The notes beneath the pieces were generated by a model. The model saw only the letters and a list, made by a program, of their open reading frames with translations, was not told the origin of the DNA and ran no database searches. Below, piece by piece: positions 1 through 11,341 of a DNA stretch of 64,000 bases; the first letter of the stretch is position 1, and every line of letters begins with the position of its first letter. The translations under genes and the position numbers were made by a program. Source of the DNA: Minisyncoccota bacterium (lineage in GTDB: Bacteria > Patescibacteriota > Microgenomatia > UBA1400 > PJMF01). The stretch covers positions 252-64,251 of the forward strand of contig JAAYYE010000006.1 of NCBI GenBank assembly GCA_012515515.1, read 5' to 3'.

Positions 1-236
1 CTCTGCAATTCGAGAACATGAAGTCGGAATCGGTAGTAATCGCAAATCAGCAGGTTGCGGTGAATACGTTCTCGCTCCTTGTACACACTGCCCGTCAAAC
101 CAGCAAAGTTAGTAGCGCCCGAAGCGGGTGACCGTAACTCGCAAGAGAACGGCTCTTCTACGGCGAGATTAGCGATGAGGGTTAAGTCGTAACAAGGTAT
201 CGGTACTGGAAGGTGCTGATGGATCACCTCCTTTCT
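1..236 (+). rRNA. rrs: 16S rRNA, 3' terminal ~236 nt (partial; gene continues upstream of window)
   Basis: Conserved 3' 16S motifs: GTCGTAACAAGGTA at 186-199 and the anti-SD end GGATCACCTCCTTTCT at 221-236. Upstream helix 44/45-like sequence reads GTACACACTGCCCGTCA. Confidence 0.9.
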
Positions 237-362
237 AAGGAGAATGGGTAGGAGTTTTCACGACCTCCTTCTCCCGTTTAAGGCAACTTAAACGAAAAAT
301 TAAAAGCCTATGGACATAGGTGCCTAGGTCATTTTCTATCACTGTATTTACTGTTAATAAGA

Positions 363-387
363 GACGAGCCCGCGGCTCGTTTTTTTA
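363..387 (+). terminator. Intrinsic terminator downstream of the 16S rRNA
   Basis: Perfect 7-bp stem ACGAGCC/GGCTCGT with a 3-nt loop, followed by a T7 run (381-387). Confidence 0.55.
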
Positions 388-621
388 TGATTTAGCCCCA
401 GCGGCTTTTAGCCAATCCTCGTTTTCTATGATTTAATCTATCAAACTGTATCAAAATATATAAGATAGATCAAGCAAAAATAATTTAGCCCATAATTGGC
501 AGAGTACCGTTTTGACTGCTAATTGCCCCTATGCAAAAAAGATCAGTCGCGCTAAAATTGCTGTAGCAATCATTTACTTTTAATTATTTTGGGCCATTTA
601 ACTTACTTAAATGGAGACAAT

Positions 622-3186
622 ATGAATTTTGATCGATACACCACTAAAGCAGCAGAAGCCATGCAAGACGCCATGCAACTCGCTGGTAAATTAAAGCACA
701 GCCAAATCGATATTTGGCATTTATTGTTGGCTTTGGTTGAACAGGCAGGCGGCATCGTCCCTGATTTGCTAGAACAGCTAGATAAAAAGCCAGAAGCGGT
801 TGCCAACTTAATCAGAAAAGAATTAAGTCAATTAGCTAGTCTTGAAACAGTCACCCAAGCTTACGCTTCACCAGAATTAGCTAAAGTTTTAAGCCAAGCT
901 GAAACAGAAGCAGTCAAATTAAAAGATGAATATATCAGCACTGAACATTTGTTCTTGGCTCTCTTAAATCAAAAAAAAGTCAGTCAATTGCTCGATCTTG
1001 ATTTAGCCGCAGTCACTCAAGCCCTAAAAACAGTGCGCGGGCAACAACGCGTCACAGATCCAGAACCTGAAGGAAAATATCAGGCTTTAGATAAATATTG
1101 TTTAGATTTTACTAGCTTAGCCCGCTTGGGAAAAATTGATCCAGTCATTGGTCGTGATGAGGAAATTCGCCGCATTACCCAAATTTTGTCGCGTCGCACT
1201 AAAAACAATCCAGTTTTAGTGGGTGAACCGGGCACGGGCAAAACCGCTATTGTTGAAGGCTTGGCAAAAAAAATTATTGATGATGATGTTCCAGAAGCCC
1301 TCAAAAATAAAAAAGTGCTATCTCTAGACATGGGAGCATTAATTGCTGGAGCAAAGTATCGTGGAGAATTTGAAGATCGTTTAAAAGCCGTCATTAAAGA
1401 AATTGAAAAAAGTGAAGGGCAAATTATTCTCTTCATTGATGAACTACATAATATTGTGGGGGCGGGTGCCGCTGAAGGCTCCACCGATGCTGGTAATTTG
1501 CTTAAACCAGCCCTAGCGAGAGGGACTTTACGCACTATTGGCGCCACCACCCTCAAAGAGTATCGCCAGTATATCGAAAAAGATAGCGCGCTCGAAAGAC
1601 GCTTTCAACCGGTCATGGTAGAGGAGCCCTCAGTTGAAGATGCTATTTCGATTTTACGCGGCATCAAAAGTAAATATGAAGCGCATCATGGTGTGAAAAT
1701 TTTAGACAGTGCCATTGTCGCTGCCGTTAAACTTTCTCATCGCTACATCAGCGATCGTTTTCTGCCAGATAAAGCCATCGACTTAATGGATGAAGCTGCT
1801 TCGGCTCTGCGCATTGAAATAGATAGCAAACCCAGCAATATTGATCAGCTAGAGCGTAAAATTCGTCAACTAGAAATAGAAAGAGAATCTTTAAAAAAAG
1901 AAAAAGATCAAAAAAGTTTAGATCGTTTAAGCAAAATTGAAAAACAAGTTAGTGAATTAAAAGAAGAATATAAAGGCTTAGAGCTCAGGTGGAAAAAGGA
2001 AAAAGAAATCTTAAATTCCATTAAACAAGCTAATCAACAGTTAGATGATTTACACGAAGAAGCCAAAAGAGCTGAACGCAATTATGATTTAGAAAGAGCA
2101 GCGGCAATCAATTATGGTGAAATTCCGGAAATTGAGAAAAAAATCAAAGAAGCTCAGGAAAAAATGGCCAAAATTGATCCAGCCAAAAGATTACTTAAAG
2201 AAGAAATAGACGACAGTGATATCGCTAACATTGTGGCTAAATGGACTGGCATTCCAGTGGAGCGCGTCTTAAGTGAAGAGAGCGATAGATTGCTTAATTT
2301 GGAGAAAGCATTGGCTCAGCGAGTGCTTGGTCAAACCCAAGCCATTAAAGCCATTGCTGGAGCAATTCGGCGCAGTCGGGCTGGCCTCAGTGAAGAGGGC
2401 AGACCAATCGCTAGCTTTTTGTTTTTAGGTCCGACTGGTGTGGGGAAAACTGAATTAGCTAAAGCTTTGGCTGAGCAATTGTTTAACGACGAAAGTTTGA
2501 TCACTCGCATCGATATGAGTGAATACATGGAGAAACATAGTGTGGCTCGCCTCATCGGCTCGCCACCAGGCTACATCGGCTATGAAGAAGGAGGGCAACT
2601 GACTGAAGCCCTGCGACGCCATCCTTACACCATTGTTTTGTTAGATGAAATTGAAAAAGCGCATAGTGAAGTTTTCAATATTTTATTGCAAGTGCTGGAT
2701 GAGGGGCGCTTGACCGATAGCAAGGGTCGCACTGTTAATTTTAGGAACAGTATTATTATTATGACCTCCAATTTAGGCAGTCAGATTATTAGTGAAACCA
2801 ATCACGACCCCGTCGAGCAAAAAAAAGCCCTCGATGGTTTATTAAGAGTGCATTTCCGCCCTGAGTTTATTAATCGCCTCGACAATGTCATTATTTTCCA
2901 AAACCTTGGTCAAAAGGAAATCAAAGACATTGTTCGCTTGCAACTTAATTTAGTAGCCAAACGATTAGCTGAGCAAGATATTGCCTTAACATTTGGCGAA
3001 AAACTAATTGAGCATTTGGCCGATGCTGGTTATGATCATGTTTTTGGCGCACGGCCTCTGAAACGCTTAATTCAAAATGAAATTTTAGATCAACTGGCAG
3101 AAGAAATTATTGAGAACAAACTAAAAGCTGGTGATAAATTAGAAATAGATTGGCAAAAAAATAAACTTGAGTTAATCAAAGGCTAA
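622..3186 (+). CDS. clpB: ATP-dependent chaperone ClpB (class I AAA+, two NBDs plus coiled-coil M-domain)
   Basis: Clp N-domain, Walker A GEPGTGKT and GPTGVGKT, a long coiled-coil insert, and a C-terminal D2 small domain. Start moved to the ATG at 622 (MNFDRYT) because GGAGA lies 5 nt upstream; the track ORF begins at 589. Confidence 0.93.
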   Translation: MNFDRYTTKAAEAMQDAMQLAGKLKHSQIDIWHLLLALVEQAGGIVPDLLEQLDKKPEAVANLIRKELSQLASLETVTQAYASPELAKVLSQAETEAVKLKDEYISTEHLFLALLNQKKVSQLLDLDLAAVTQALKTVRGQQRVTDPEPEGKYQALDKYCLDFTSLARLGKIDPVIGRDEEIRRITQILSRRTKNNPVLVGEPGTGKTAIVEGLAKKIIDDDVPEALKNKKVLSLDMGALIAGAKYRGEFEDRLKAVIKEIEKSEGQIILFIDELHNIVGAGAAEGSTDAGNLLKPALARGTLRTIGATTLKEYRQYIEKDSALERRFQPVMVEEPSVEDAISILRGIKSKYEAHHGVKILDSAIVAAVKLSHRYISDRFLPDKAIDLMDEAASALRIEIDSKPSNIDQLERKIRQLEIERESLKKEKDQKSLDRLSKIEKQVSELKEEYKGLELRWKKEKEILNSIKQANQQLDDLHEEAKRAERNYDLERAAAINYGEIPEIEKKIKEAQEKMAKIDPAKRLLKEEIDDSDIANIVAKWTGIPVERVLSEESDRLLNLEKALAQRVLGQTQAIKAIAGAIRRSRAGLSEEGRPIASFLFLGPTGVGKTELAKALAEQLFNDESLITRIDMSEYMEKHSVARLIGSPPGYIGYEEGGQLTEALRRHPYTIVLLDEIEKAHSEVFNILLQVLDEGRLTDSKGRTVNFRNSIIIMTSNLGSQIISETNHDPVEQKKALDGLLRVHFRPEFINRLDNVIIFQNLGQKEIKDIVRLQLNLVAKRLAEQDIALTFGEKLIEHLADAGYDHVFGARPLKRLIQNEILDQLAEEIIENKLKAGDKLEIDWQKNKLELIKG

Positions 3187-3266
3187 GTTAATTAAAGGCT
3201 AAGTTTGAATTGGCAAAGAGCTGATTTGTGTTAAAATATGATTCTGCTTAATTTTTAAAAATATAT

Positions 3267-3340
3267 GGGTGTGTAGCTCAGTTGGTTAGAGCGCAGTCCT
3301 GATAAGACTGAGGTCCTTGGTCCGATTCCAAGCACACCCA
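3267..3340 (+). tRNA. tRNA-Ile (anticodon GAT)
   Basis: Hand-folded cloverleaf: acceptor GGGTGTG/CACACCC, D-arm GCTC-AGTTGGTTA-GAGC, anticodon stem CAGTC/GACTG with loop CTGATAA, T-arm CTTGG-TCCGATT-CCAAG, discriminator A, no encoded CCA. Confidence 0.88.
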
Positions 3341-3431
3341 CTTTTAAAAACTCCCATTTAGCAATCAAACTTGCACTCTGCCAATTGCTCAACATTTTTG
3401 CCTAAAGTTAGGGTATAATTAAACAGAAATT

Positions 3432-5777
3432 ATGAACAGTGAAGTTATTCAACTACCCAGTAATTCCTTGAATCTAGCGGTGCTTCCTATCCGCGAAGGA
3501 GTCTTATTTCCGCAAACTGAATCGGTTTTAGGTTTTGGTCGGGAGCTGTCTATTCAAGCTATTCGTCATTCACAAAAACAAAGTAAACATATTATTTTAC
3601 TCACCCAAAAAAACGCCCAAATTGAAAAGCCTCAAGCTAAAGATTTATACCAAATTGGCACCTTAGCCGTGATTGAAAAAACCATTCGTAATAATGATAA
3701 TATCAGCGCTTTGGTACGAGGCATTAGCCGAGTCAAAATCCAAAAATTCACTCAAGAAGAACCATTTATCCAAGCTATAGCTGATAAAGTTGTTAGTTTT
3801 ATTGAACGAGATGACGAATTAATTGCCCTCAGTAATCATTTACAAAAATTATTTCGCCAAACTGTGCAAATGGGCAAACAAATAGAGTTTTTAAATTTCA
3901 TTAAATTATTAAGCGGTGTTAATGAGGGAGAGATGGCCGATCAAATTGCCAGCACCCTCAATATTGCTACTGCCAAAAAGCAGCAAATATTAGAAACCAC
4001 CAATGTTAAACAGCGCATCCGCTTGATTATTGATCATCTATCTAAAGAGGTCAAAATTTTAGAAATTGAACAAGACGTTAATCTCAAAACCCAAGAAAAA
4101 TTTGATGAGCACATGCGCGAAAGTGTGCTTCGTGAGCGTTTACGCACCATTCAAAAAGAGTTGGGTGAACTAAGCGATGAACAAAGCGCTGCTCACGAAT
4201 ATGAAGAATTATTAAAAAAGAAACAATTACCTCAAGAAGCTGAAATCAGAATTAAAAAAGAAATTGCCCGCTTGGGGCAAATGTCGCCCAATAATCCAGA
4301 AACTGCTTATATTAGGAGTTGGCTAGATTTAGTGTTTGATTTACCTTGGCAAAAAAGTAAAAAAACCAATATCAATATTAAACGAGCGGCCAAAGTCCTC
4401 AATCAAGATCATTATGGTTTAGAAGAAGTTAAAGATCGAGTCCTCGAGCATATGGCTGTCATGCAGTTAAAAAATCAAAATGATAGTCAAGAAAAAAATT
4501 TACCAACTATTTTGTGTTTTGTTGGACCTCCGGGTGTAGGAAAAACCAGCATTGGTCGCAGCATTGCTAAAAGCTTAAATCGACATTTCATTAAAATTTC
4601 TCTTGGAGGAGTGCGCGATGAATCAGAAATCCGCGGTCACAGGCGCACCTATGTTGGCGCCATGCCTGGTCGCATTATCAAAGGTTTACAAAACGCCCAA
4701 AGCAATAATCCAGTCTTTATGCTCGACGAAATTGATAAATTAGGCCAAGATTTTCATGGCGATCCAAGCAGTGCTTTAATTGAGGTCTTAGATCCTGAAC
4801 AAAATTTTAGTTTCGAAGATCATTATTTAGACATGCCTTACGATTTGTCTGAAGTTTTGTTTATTGCCACTGCTAATAGTCTAGAGAGCGTGCCAGCGGC
4901 TTTATTAGATCGCTTAGAAGTGATCCAGTATTCTGGCTATACTCTCAACGAAAAATTTGAAATTGCTAAGCGTTATTTATTGCCCAAAACTATCAAAAAA
5001 AATGCCCTAAAAAAACAGCAAGTGGTCATCAATGACAAGCTTTTGAAACAAATAATCGCCCGTTATACCAGAGAGGCTGGCGTTCGTGATTTAGAAAGAC
5101 AACTGAATAAAATCATGCGCAAAAGTGCTAGAGAAATTTTAGAAAAAAATAAAAAAACCATTACTATTAATAATAAAAAAATTGTGGAATTTTTGGGGCC
5201 AGTGATTTTTGATGAAACCATCGCGGAAAAAAGAGATCAGGTTGGTTTGGCTGCGGGCTTAGCTTGGACCAGTGTGGGTGGTGATATTTTGTTTGTTGAG
5301 GTAGCTCTTTCTCCAGGAAAAGGCCGCATTAAACTGACCGGTAAACTAGGAGAAGTGATGAAGGAATCGGCTCAAGCTGCTTTAACTTATGTGAGAGCCC
5401 ACCACCAAGAACTAAAAATTGATATCGAGAAAATTAATCAAACCGATGTGCACATCCACGTTCCAGAAGGGGCTGTGCCGAAAGATGGCCCATCAGCGGG
5501 GGTGACAATTACCACCGCCATTGTCTCGGCTTTTAAAAACAAGGCCGTGCGCCGTGATGTTGCCATGACTGGAGAAATCACTTTGCGAGGGAGAGTCTTA
5601 AGAATTGGCGGTCTTAAAGAAAAAGCCATTGCCGCTCATCGAGCTGGCAGTAAAATCGTCGTCATCCCTCAAGATAATGAAAGAGATTTGCTTAAAATCC
5701 CCAAAGAAGTCACAAAAAATCTGCAATTTTTTCCCGTTAAAGACATTAAAGATGTGCTCAAAGTCGCTCTTAACTAA
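3432..5777 (+). CDS. lon: ATP-dependent Lon protease (LonA)
   Basis: Lon N-terminal domain, AAA+ Walker [10 protein letters not shown], and a C-terminal protease domain with the catalytic-Ser motif DGPSAGV and a downstream Lys. Confidence 0.93.
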   Translation: MNSEVIQLPSNSLNLAVLPIREGVLFPQTESVLGFGRELSIQAIRHSQKQSKHIILLTQKNAQIEKPQAKDLYQIGTLAVIEKTIRNNDNISALVRGISRVKIQKFTQEEPFIQAIADKVVSFIERDDELIALSNHLQKLFRQTVQMGKQIEFLNFIKLLSGVNEGEMADQIASTLNIATAKKQQILETTNVKQRIRLIIDHLSKEVKILEIEQDVNLKTQEKFDEHMRESVLRERLRTIQKELGELSDEQSAAHEYEELLKKKQLPQEAEIRIKKEIARLGQMSPNNPETAYIRSWLDLVFDLPWQKSKKTNINIKRAAKVLNQDHYGLEEVKDRVLEHMAVMQLKNQNDSQEKNLPTILCFVGPPGVGKTSIGRSIAKSLNRHFIKISLGGVRDESEIRGHRRTYVGAMPGRIIKGLQNAQSNNPVFMLDEIDKLGQDFHGDPSSALIEVLDPEQNFSFEDHYLDMPYDLSEVLFIATANSLESVPAALLDRLEVIQYSGYTLNEKFEIAKRYLLPKTIKKNALKKQQVVINDKLLKQIIARYTREAGVRDLERQLNKIMRKSAREILEKNKKTITINNKKIVEFLGPVIFDETIAEKRDQVGLAAGLAWTSVGGDILFVEVALSPGKGRIKLTGKLGEVMKESAQAALTYVRAHHQELKIDIEKINQTDVHIHVPEGAVPKDGPSAGVTITTAIVSAFKNKAVRRDVAMTGEITLRGRVLRIGGLKEKAIAAHRAGSKIVVIPQDNERDLLKIPKEVTKNLQFFPVKDIKDVLKVALN

Positions 5778-5825
5778 GACATCGGCAAATTTGTTATACT
5801 ACGAGTAGTAATATAAAATTAATAG

Positions 5826-6806
5826 ATGATTAAGCGTTATTGGCCATTTTTTCTGTCGATTGTGATTTTAAGTGCTGCGCTGTTTCTGTATTTTAATCCT
5901 CCTCAATTAATTAATGTAGCTGGCTTACAAATTGAGTACCATGGCTCAGACCAATACGCCAGTGTTTTTTTAGATAATCAGTATTTGGAAAAAGCACCCT
6001 TGTCTGAAAGAACTATTAAGAGTGGCGACTATGTTCTGAAAATTATCCCTGATGATAAAAATTTAGCCGAACTGAGTTTGTTCATCACTTTAAATAAAGG
6101 CACGCTCACAGTGATTTCCTATACGCCAGGAGCCAGTGCCAAAGAAAGTTCAGCTAGTATTTATGAACTTGAACCTCTAAAAAACTCAGAAGATTTGGGT
6201 GTGCTCAGTTTTGAAACTTATCCAGAAAACGCTCTCCTCAGCTTTGCCGATGATGCCGCTCAATACACACCAGTAACTTTAGAAAACTTAACACCCAAAG
6301 AATATACTTATCAAGTCAGTCTGCCTTCTTATCAAACTCAAGAAAATGTCGTCCAAGTTTTACCTGGATATAAAATTAAGGCAACCATTATGTTGGCTAA
6401 GTTAAACTCAACTGTTATTGATCCAAATATTGATCTACAACAGGAGTCGGTCGACTCTATTGTGGATACCACTGCCAGTGACTCGACCCAGTTGCATGAA
6501 AATTTAACAGAAGATGAAAGCTGGGGCAGGGCAGAGGCAAGAGCAATTATTGGCAAAAAGGTCAAAATCAACAGCACCAATTTTTTTGTTGATAATTTAG
6601 AAGTTTTAAGAGTTAGAAAAACAGCTGATAAAAATGCCAAAGAGCTGGGTTTTGCAAAAACTAATTTTTATTATCCTTATTTAGAAGATTTGCCAGCTGA
6701 TTTAGAGGCTACAGCCAGTGCGCAAACTAAAGACTGGTTAAAGATCAGGTTTGAAGGGCAAGAGGCATGGGTGAGTGCCGAATTTGCTGAACTCGTCACT
6801 GACTAA
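5826..6806 (+). CDS. Hypothetical membrane-anchored exported protein with PEGA-like repeats
   Basis: N-terminal TM/signal anchor (FFLSIVILSAALFLYF); two PEGA-like segments; the C-terminus ...EGQEAWVSAEFAELVTD is duplicated at the start of the next ORF. Confidence 0.45.
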   Translation: MIKRYWPFFLSIVILSAALFLYFNPPQLINVAGLQIEYHGSDQYASVFLDNQYLEKAPLSERTIKSGDYVLKIIPDDKNLAELSLFITLNKGTLTVISYTPGASAKESSASIYELEPLKNSEDLGVLSFETYPENALLSFADDAAQYTPVTLENLTPKEYTYQVSLPSYQTQENVVQVLPGYKIKATIMLAKLNSTVIDPNIDLQQESVDSIVDTTASDSTQLHENLTEDESWGRAEARAIIGKKVKINSTNFFVDNLEVLRVRKTADKNAKELGFAKTNFYYPYLEDLPADLEATASAQTKDWLKIRFEGQEAWVSAEFAELVTD

Positions 6807-6866
6807 AATTGAAGGACAAGAGGCATGGGTGAGTGCCAAATTTGCTGAGCTCATCAGCGATAAAGA
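6751..6866 (+). repeat. Tandem direct duplication, 2 x 58 bp (~88% identical), spanning the stop codon of the 5826..6806 gene
   Basis: Unit 1 at 6751-6808 and unit 2 at 6809-6866 (TTGAAGG[G/A]CAAGAGGCATGGGTGAGTGCC...). Both copies encode EGQEAWVSA(E/K)FAEL, but in different frames because 58 is not a multiple of 3. Confidence 0.8.
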
Positions 6867-6951
6867 ATGTTACTCTTACAGTGTTTTTACTTATTATTTG
6901 GAGTTCCTACACTTTTCAAAACCAGCCAATCTGTGCAATAATGACCACAAT

Positions 6952-7737
6952 ATGAACAATAATAACAATGCCTTTTTTAAATTTTTAATAGTTTTTATTC
7001 TCGGTTTTTCAGCTTATTTTTTAATCCAAAATTTTACACCGCTCACACTGTTTGATAAGGAAAAAAGCATCATTACTGTTCAAGGTTTAGCACAAGAAAA
7101 CGTCTCCAATCAGCTCGCTGAATTTTCTGCTGGCATTGAAGTAATTGCCCCAACAAAAGAGCAAGCAGTGAATAATGCCAATCAAGTTGTCGATCAACTC
7201 TTAATTGCTGTTAAAAAATTTGGCATTGCTGAAGAAGATATTCAAACCAATCAAGTAAGTGTCTATCAAGAAAATAAAGACCCAATTGTGCCATTGGCTA
7301 ATCCAGAGACAATGATTAGTGAAGAAATTATCACGGGTAAAACTGGTGATTGGCGAGCTAATACCAGCATCAGCATCACTTTGCGCAATGAGCAGAGTGC
7401 CTTACTCAAGCAAGAAAGTGAAGAATTACTACATATTTTAAACCAAAGCCAAGCAAATTATGTCTATGGGCCTAATTTTAGGCTAGACGAACAATATGTG
7501 AGCGAGGGCGAATTAATTAATAGCGCCGTAGCTGATGCCCGTAATAAAGCAGAAACTATTGCTGCTAAAAATCAACAAAAAATTGTCAAGATTTTAGAAA
7601 TCGTTGAGAATGATGTTAGTTATCGATCTTTTTACAGTAAAGAGTTGGCAGTTAATTCCGATATCTCAGCCACCTCACTAGAACCCGGATCCAGCACTTT
7701 ATCTAAAACAGTGGTGGTTACTTTTCAAGTAAAATAA
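6952..7737 (+). CDS. SIMPL/DUF541-like exported protein (periplasmic immunogenic protein family), start uncertain
   Basis: Asn run followed by a TM/signal anchor (FFKFLIVFILGFSAYFLI), then a domain resembling SIMPL. The track ORF starts at 6775 inside the duplicated segment; the internal ATG at 6952 is the proposed start. Confidence 0.5.
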   Translation: MNNNNNAFFKFLIVFILGFSAYFLIQNFTPLTLFDKEKSIITVQGLAQENVSNQLAEFSAGIEVIAPTKEQAVNNANQVVDQLLIAVKKFGIAEEDIQTNQVSVYQENKDPIVPLANPETMISEEIITGKTGDWRANTSISITLRNEQSALLKQESEELLHILNQSQANYVYGPNFRLDEQYVSEGELINSAVADARNKAETIAAKNQQKIVKILEIVENDVSYRSFYSKELAVNSDISATSLEPGSSTLSKTVVVTFQVK

Positions 7738-9907
7738 GATAATCCTGCTGCAGTCCGTCTTCGCTACCAGTCCAAGCTACTTGACCTAAGCTGAGTAGAG
7801 CCTGTTCATTTAAGTTGGGATATTTTTCTCGCTCACGATTGCTAATCACTATATATTTAATTTGATATTGATCTAAAAGAGCATGGCTTTGTTGACTAGT
7901 GGGATTTAGATAAATCGTTTCAACTTCGACCAGGCGCTCGGCTGGGAGATCCCAAGTGCCCCGCCACAACCATTCGTGAACCTGCCAACCAACAACAGTT
8001 GGCATACCAGAAAAAGCCGAAACCATGGAAAATTCAGTGAAACTTTCACCACTAGCTTCCAAAATACTAACTTGTTGAGCTTCATTATTTTTTAAATAAT
8101 TAACCATGGCATAAGAGCTTGGATATTTTTTATTCATCCATTGCAAACCATCTAAACCCTGATAGTGCTTAAAGCCATAGTAGTTTTTAAAAGCTAAAAC
8201 TGGATAAGCTGCTAAGCCAACAATTAAAGCAGTGATTGGTAAATAAAGAAATACAAAAGTGCGAACCGCTACTTTGACTTTGAATAATTTATTTTTTTTC
8301 CAGGGCAAAGATTCACGAATATCAATCAATTGCCAATTAAAGCATTGTTGGCTTTTTGCCCGACTGATAAAGAAAGAAATGGCCAAGGCCAATAAAATCG
8401 CTATCCAAATAAAACCTTGAAACATCAGCTTAAACATTGTATTAGATCGCGGATAGCCAGTATAAATATCTTTAAAATAAAAGAATTCAGTAAAAATTAA
8501 TAAGACAAGGAAAGCCAAAAAAGCACCCAGTGTAAAGAACCAAGCTGCCTCTTCTTTTTTACTTCGTCGTTTTCTATTAAGCAACAAAATAATAATAAAA
8601 ATTAAAACCGGTATTGTGTGAGCTCCCCATAATACTAATAATTGCCAAACTGGAGAATGTTCATTGGCCATGTGAACTCCTTCTGCAATAGATTGAAAAT
8701 TTAGAAACCAGGGCGCACTGACAATTGCCGTAGTTAAAGTTAAACCTAAAGCTGAACTGCAAAGTGGCCAGAAAAAATCAGTTCGCCACATCAATAATAA
8801 AACTCCCAAGACTAATAATAAAATAGCGTAAATAAAAACATCCCAGGTGTTAGTCATGGCTAAGACGCCAAATAATATACCCATACACAAACTTAAAATA
8901 AAAAATCGCTCAGCAAAGAGTTTGATGATTTTTTGTCTTTTAACTTCTTCAATTAATTCGCTTAACCATAAAAAAATTGTCATTAACAGCGCAATAACTA
9001 CAGGCATCGAAAAAACATGGGCGTGCAAATCGCTAACCACAAAACTATAAACAGGAAACTCATGAATAGCACGATCGATAAAACGGGTGGCATTAGGATA
9101 CCAATAATCAATAAAGTTGCCCTTGGTCAAAAAATACCAAATTGCGTGGCCATTGCCAAATAAAGTGACTAGCAAGCTGGCGAGTAGAGCAGTCCCAGCC
9201 GAAGCTGAAAAATTAGCTTGTCCTTCAGTCTTTTTTTCTTTTTTAACTGATAATTTCCAAGCAAAATGGCTTCTAATATTAAAAGTTAAAGAAAAAACTT
9301 CGCTAGCCAACAAAGCCATGACGGTTGCCAATAGAAAATTGTAAGAGTAAGCCAAATCAATTCGCCATAGATGAACTAAAATCGCACCCATAAAATGACC
9401 AAAGCTATAATAATTTATTGATTCGCCAGCAAACCAGATATCTGCTGCGGGCAGAGTAGGTGATTTCAGATAAGCCTGAATAAAACCAGCATCCATGAAT
9501 TTTTCTAAACCAAGAATCTCTGGTTGAAAACTTCGGACAATTAATAAAAAAACAAAAAAAGCTAAAAAGACTAGTTCCTCGATAATAATCTGGCGACGAA
9601 ACTTCTTCCAATAATTTTTAAGTAATGCTTGTTGTTGCTGACGGTGTTTGGCAATAAATAAAAAATAAATATTTACTAAAAAAAACACTAATAAGACAAA
9701 ATAGACGCCAACCACCGTGTTGATGGGGATTTTTAAGTAAGCGATAAAAAAGACCAGTAGCGACAGAATAAACCAGCTAAAAAAACGAGCAAAAGCCCAC
9801 AGGCCATCTTTAATTTGTGTAAAAGTTTTACTCAAATACGCAAACAAGGGAATTGCTAATAATTGTAAAAATAATAAAGATAAATAAACTTGAAAAATCA
9901 TCCTCAC
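7718..9907 (-). CDS. Large polytopic membrane protein, putative GT-C-fold glycosyltransferase (DUF2298/ArnT/PMT-like)
   Basis: 729 aa with more than 14 predicted TM helices in the N-terminal 500 aa and a C-terminal soluble domain. This architecture is typical of GT-C glycosyltransferases; the family assignment is a judgement from overall resemblance. Confidence 0.45.
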   Translation of the reverse strand: MRMIFQVYLSLLFLQLLAIPLFAYLSKTFTQIKDGLWAFARFFSWFILSLLVFFIAYLKIPINTVVGVYFVLLVFFLVNIYFLFIAKHRQQQQALLKNYWKKFRRQIIIEELVFLAFFVFLLIVRSFQPEILGLEKFMDAGFIQAYLKSPTLPAADIWFAGESINYYSFGHFMGAILVHLWRIDLAYSYNFLLATVMALLASEVFSLTFNIRSHFAWKLSVKKEKKTEGQANFSASAGTALLASLLVTLFGNGHAIWYFLTKGNFIDYWYPNATRFIDRAIHEFPVYSFVVSDLHAHVFSMPVVIALLMTIFLWLSELIEEVKRQKIIKLFAERFFILSLCMGILFGVLAMTNTWDVFIYAILLLVLGVLLLMWRTDFFWPLCSSALGLTLTTAIVSAPWFLNFQSIAEGVHMANEHSPVWQLLVLWGAHTIPVLIFIIILLLNRKRRSKKEEAAWFFTLGAFLAFLVLLIFTEFFYFKDIYTGYPRSNTMFKLMFQGFIWIAILLALAISFFISRAKSQQCFNWQLIDIRESLPWKKNKLFKVKVAVRTFVFLYLPITALIVGLAAYPVLAFKNYYGFKHYQGLDGLQWMNKKYPSSYAMVNYLKNNEAQQVSILEASGESFTEFSMVSAFSGMPTVVGWQVHEWLWRGTWDLPAERLVEVETIYLNPTSQQSHALLDQYQIKYIVISNREREKYPNLNEQALLSLGQVAWTGSEDGLQQDYLILLEK

Positions 9908-9956
9908 TACTATAACAAAAAAATTCTAAGTTGTGATCTAGAATATTTCAGCAACA

Positions 9957-11300
9957 CTAAAGCCCCAGGTCTTGCTTAATCTCAGTAACTAGCTGGTTGC
10001 TGGCAACAATCGCCTGATTCAGTCCTCGATCAAAAGGATAAATGTGTTGCATTGATACCCAATAAAGCTTGGGGCAACTAGTGCGCATTTTTGGCAAATG
10101 TTGACTGTGATTGACCTTAACTAAGGGTTGAGCAAAATCTTCTTTATACAAACGATAATCAATTAGCAATTGCTCAATATTCGGGTTTAATTTGCGCAAG
10201 TATGGTAAATAACTTTGCCAAATTGTTTTGGCTGACTGGCGATAGGCTGGCTCATCACTCGATAAATATCTGCCTAAATAGACTAAGTGTTCCTGGTTAT
10301 AATGCTTGTTATCAATAAAATTATTGTGTTCAACGACCGCTAAAAAAGGCCATCTTTTTTCATTAATATTTAACCAGTAGATTTTGTCTGGGAGAAGGGA
10401 CTCTTTTAAACGGACAACCATGGTCATGGCCGATAAACCCCGCAAGTGATCATCTTTTAGTTCGGGCAATGCCACTATTTTTTTGAATTGGGTGGAGGGG
10501 AGAGTGCTAATAACTAAATCATATTTTTTTTCTTGAGTGGTGCTGTTTTGACTTTTCAGTGACTTAGTTTTTAATTTGAAATAGGCTTGATTATTTTTTG
10601 CTTGCTTTGGCAAGTAAATTTTTTCAACCCGCTCTTGCAAATGAAATTTAACACCCTTTTTAACTAGTTGCTTTTGAATTTCTGAGGCCAATGATTGAAA
10701 GCCACCTTCAACATAAGCTAATTTAACCGTTCTTGGCTTGATTCTGGCCCAAAACCAAGCCATATTAATATCCGCTGCCCAAGCAGAAAATTTAGATTTA
10801 AATAGCGGTTGCCAAATTATTTGCCAGGGCTTCTTGCCCATAGTTTTTTGTAAAAAAACACTGGCGGGATATTTTTCCAAAAATTGACCATTGGGTAAAA
10901 TTTTTAAAAAAGCTAAAACTACGCCAGTGCGCAAACGATCAAATAAACTTAATTCTTGAAAAGCCAAAAGGCTCAAAGCCGAATCTAATTGAAAATTTTT
11001 ACCCTGCCAACGGGTGCTAGTTTTAGTCTTTTTGAAAAAAAGTTTTTCCTCAAGACCTAAGCTTTTTAAAAATTTTTGAAAAGCACGATCCTTGGCAAAA
11101 AGATGGTGATAGTGTTTTTCCAAAGTCCAAGCCCAATTTTTCTCTGTAAAACCCCCAGCCATACCAGCTACTTGTTGGTCTTGCTCAAAGACATTAATCT
11201 GCAATTTGTCTGGACCAGCAATATTGCTTAATTGCCAGGCCACATTCAAAGCGCCGAAACCACCACCAATAATTGCTACTTTTTTCATATAAGCCTTCAC
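9957..11300 (-). CDS. FAD/NAD(P)-binding oxidoreductase (amine-oxidase/PPO/UGM-like Rossmann fold)
   Basis: N-terminal dinucleotide-binding motif VAIIGGGFGAL in a 447-aa protein flanked by two glycosyltransferase-like membrane proteins. Confidence 0.65.
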   Translation of the reverse strand: MKAYMKKVAIIGGGFGALNVAWQLSNIAGPDKLQINVFEQDQQVAGMAGGFTEKNWAWTLEKHYHHLFAKDRAFQKFLKSLGLEEKLFFKKTKTSTRWQGKNFQLDSALSLLAFQELSLFDRLRTGVVLAFLKILPNGQFLEKYPASVFLQKTMGKKPWQIIWQPLFKSKFSAWAADINMAWFWARIKPRTVKLAYVEGGFQSLASEIQKQLVKKGVKFHLQERVEKIYLPKQAKNNQAYFKLKTKSLKSQNSTTQEKKYDLVISTLPSTQFKKIVALPELKDDHLRGLSAMTMVVRLKESLLPDKIYWLNINEKRWPFLAVVEHNNFIDNKHYNQEHLVYLGRYLSSDEPAYRQSAKTIWQSYLPYLRKLNPNIEQLLIDYRLYKEDFAQPLVKVNHSQHLPKMRTSCPKLYWVSMQHIYPFDRGLNQAIVASNQLVTEIKQDLGL

Positions 11301-11341
11301 CAGCCGAACTATTATTCTGCTAAATTATACCTTATTTATAC

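Noticed and set aside
603-2555. Several 60-160 aa minus-strand track ORFs inside clpB (603..806, 1080..1556, 2331..2555). Similar antisense ORFs lie inside lon, the PBP, pilB, gyrB and gyrA.
   Set aside because: They are fully embedded antisense in highly conserved, confidently identified genes. They are typical shadow ORFs with no start or RBS context.
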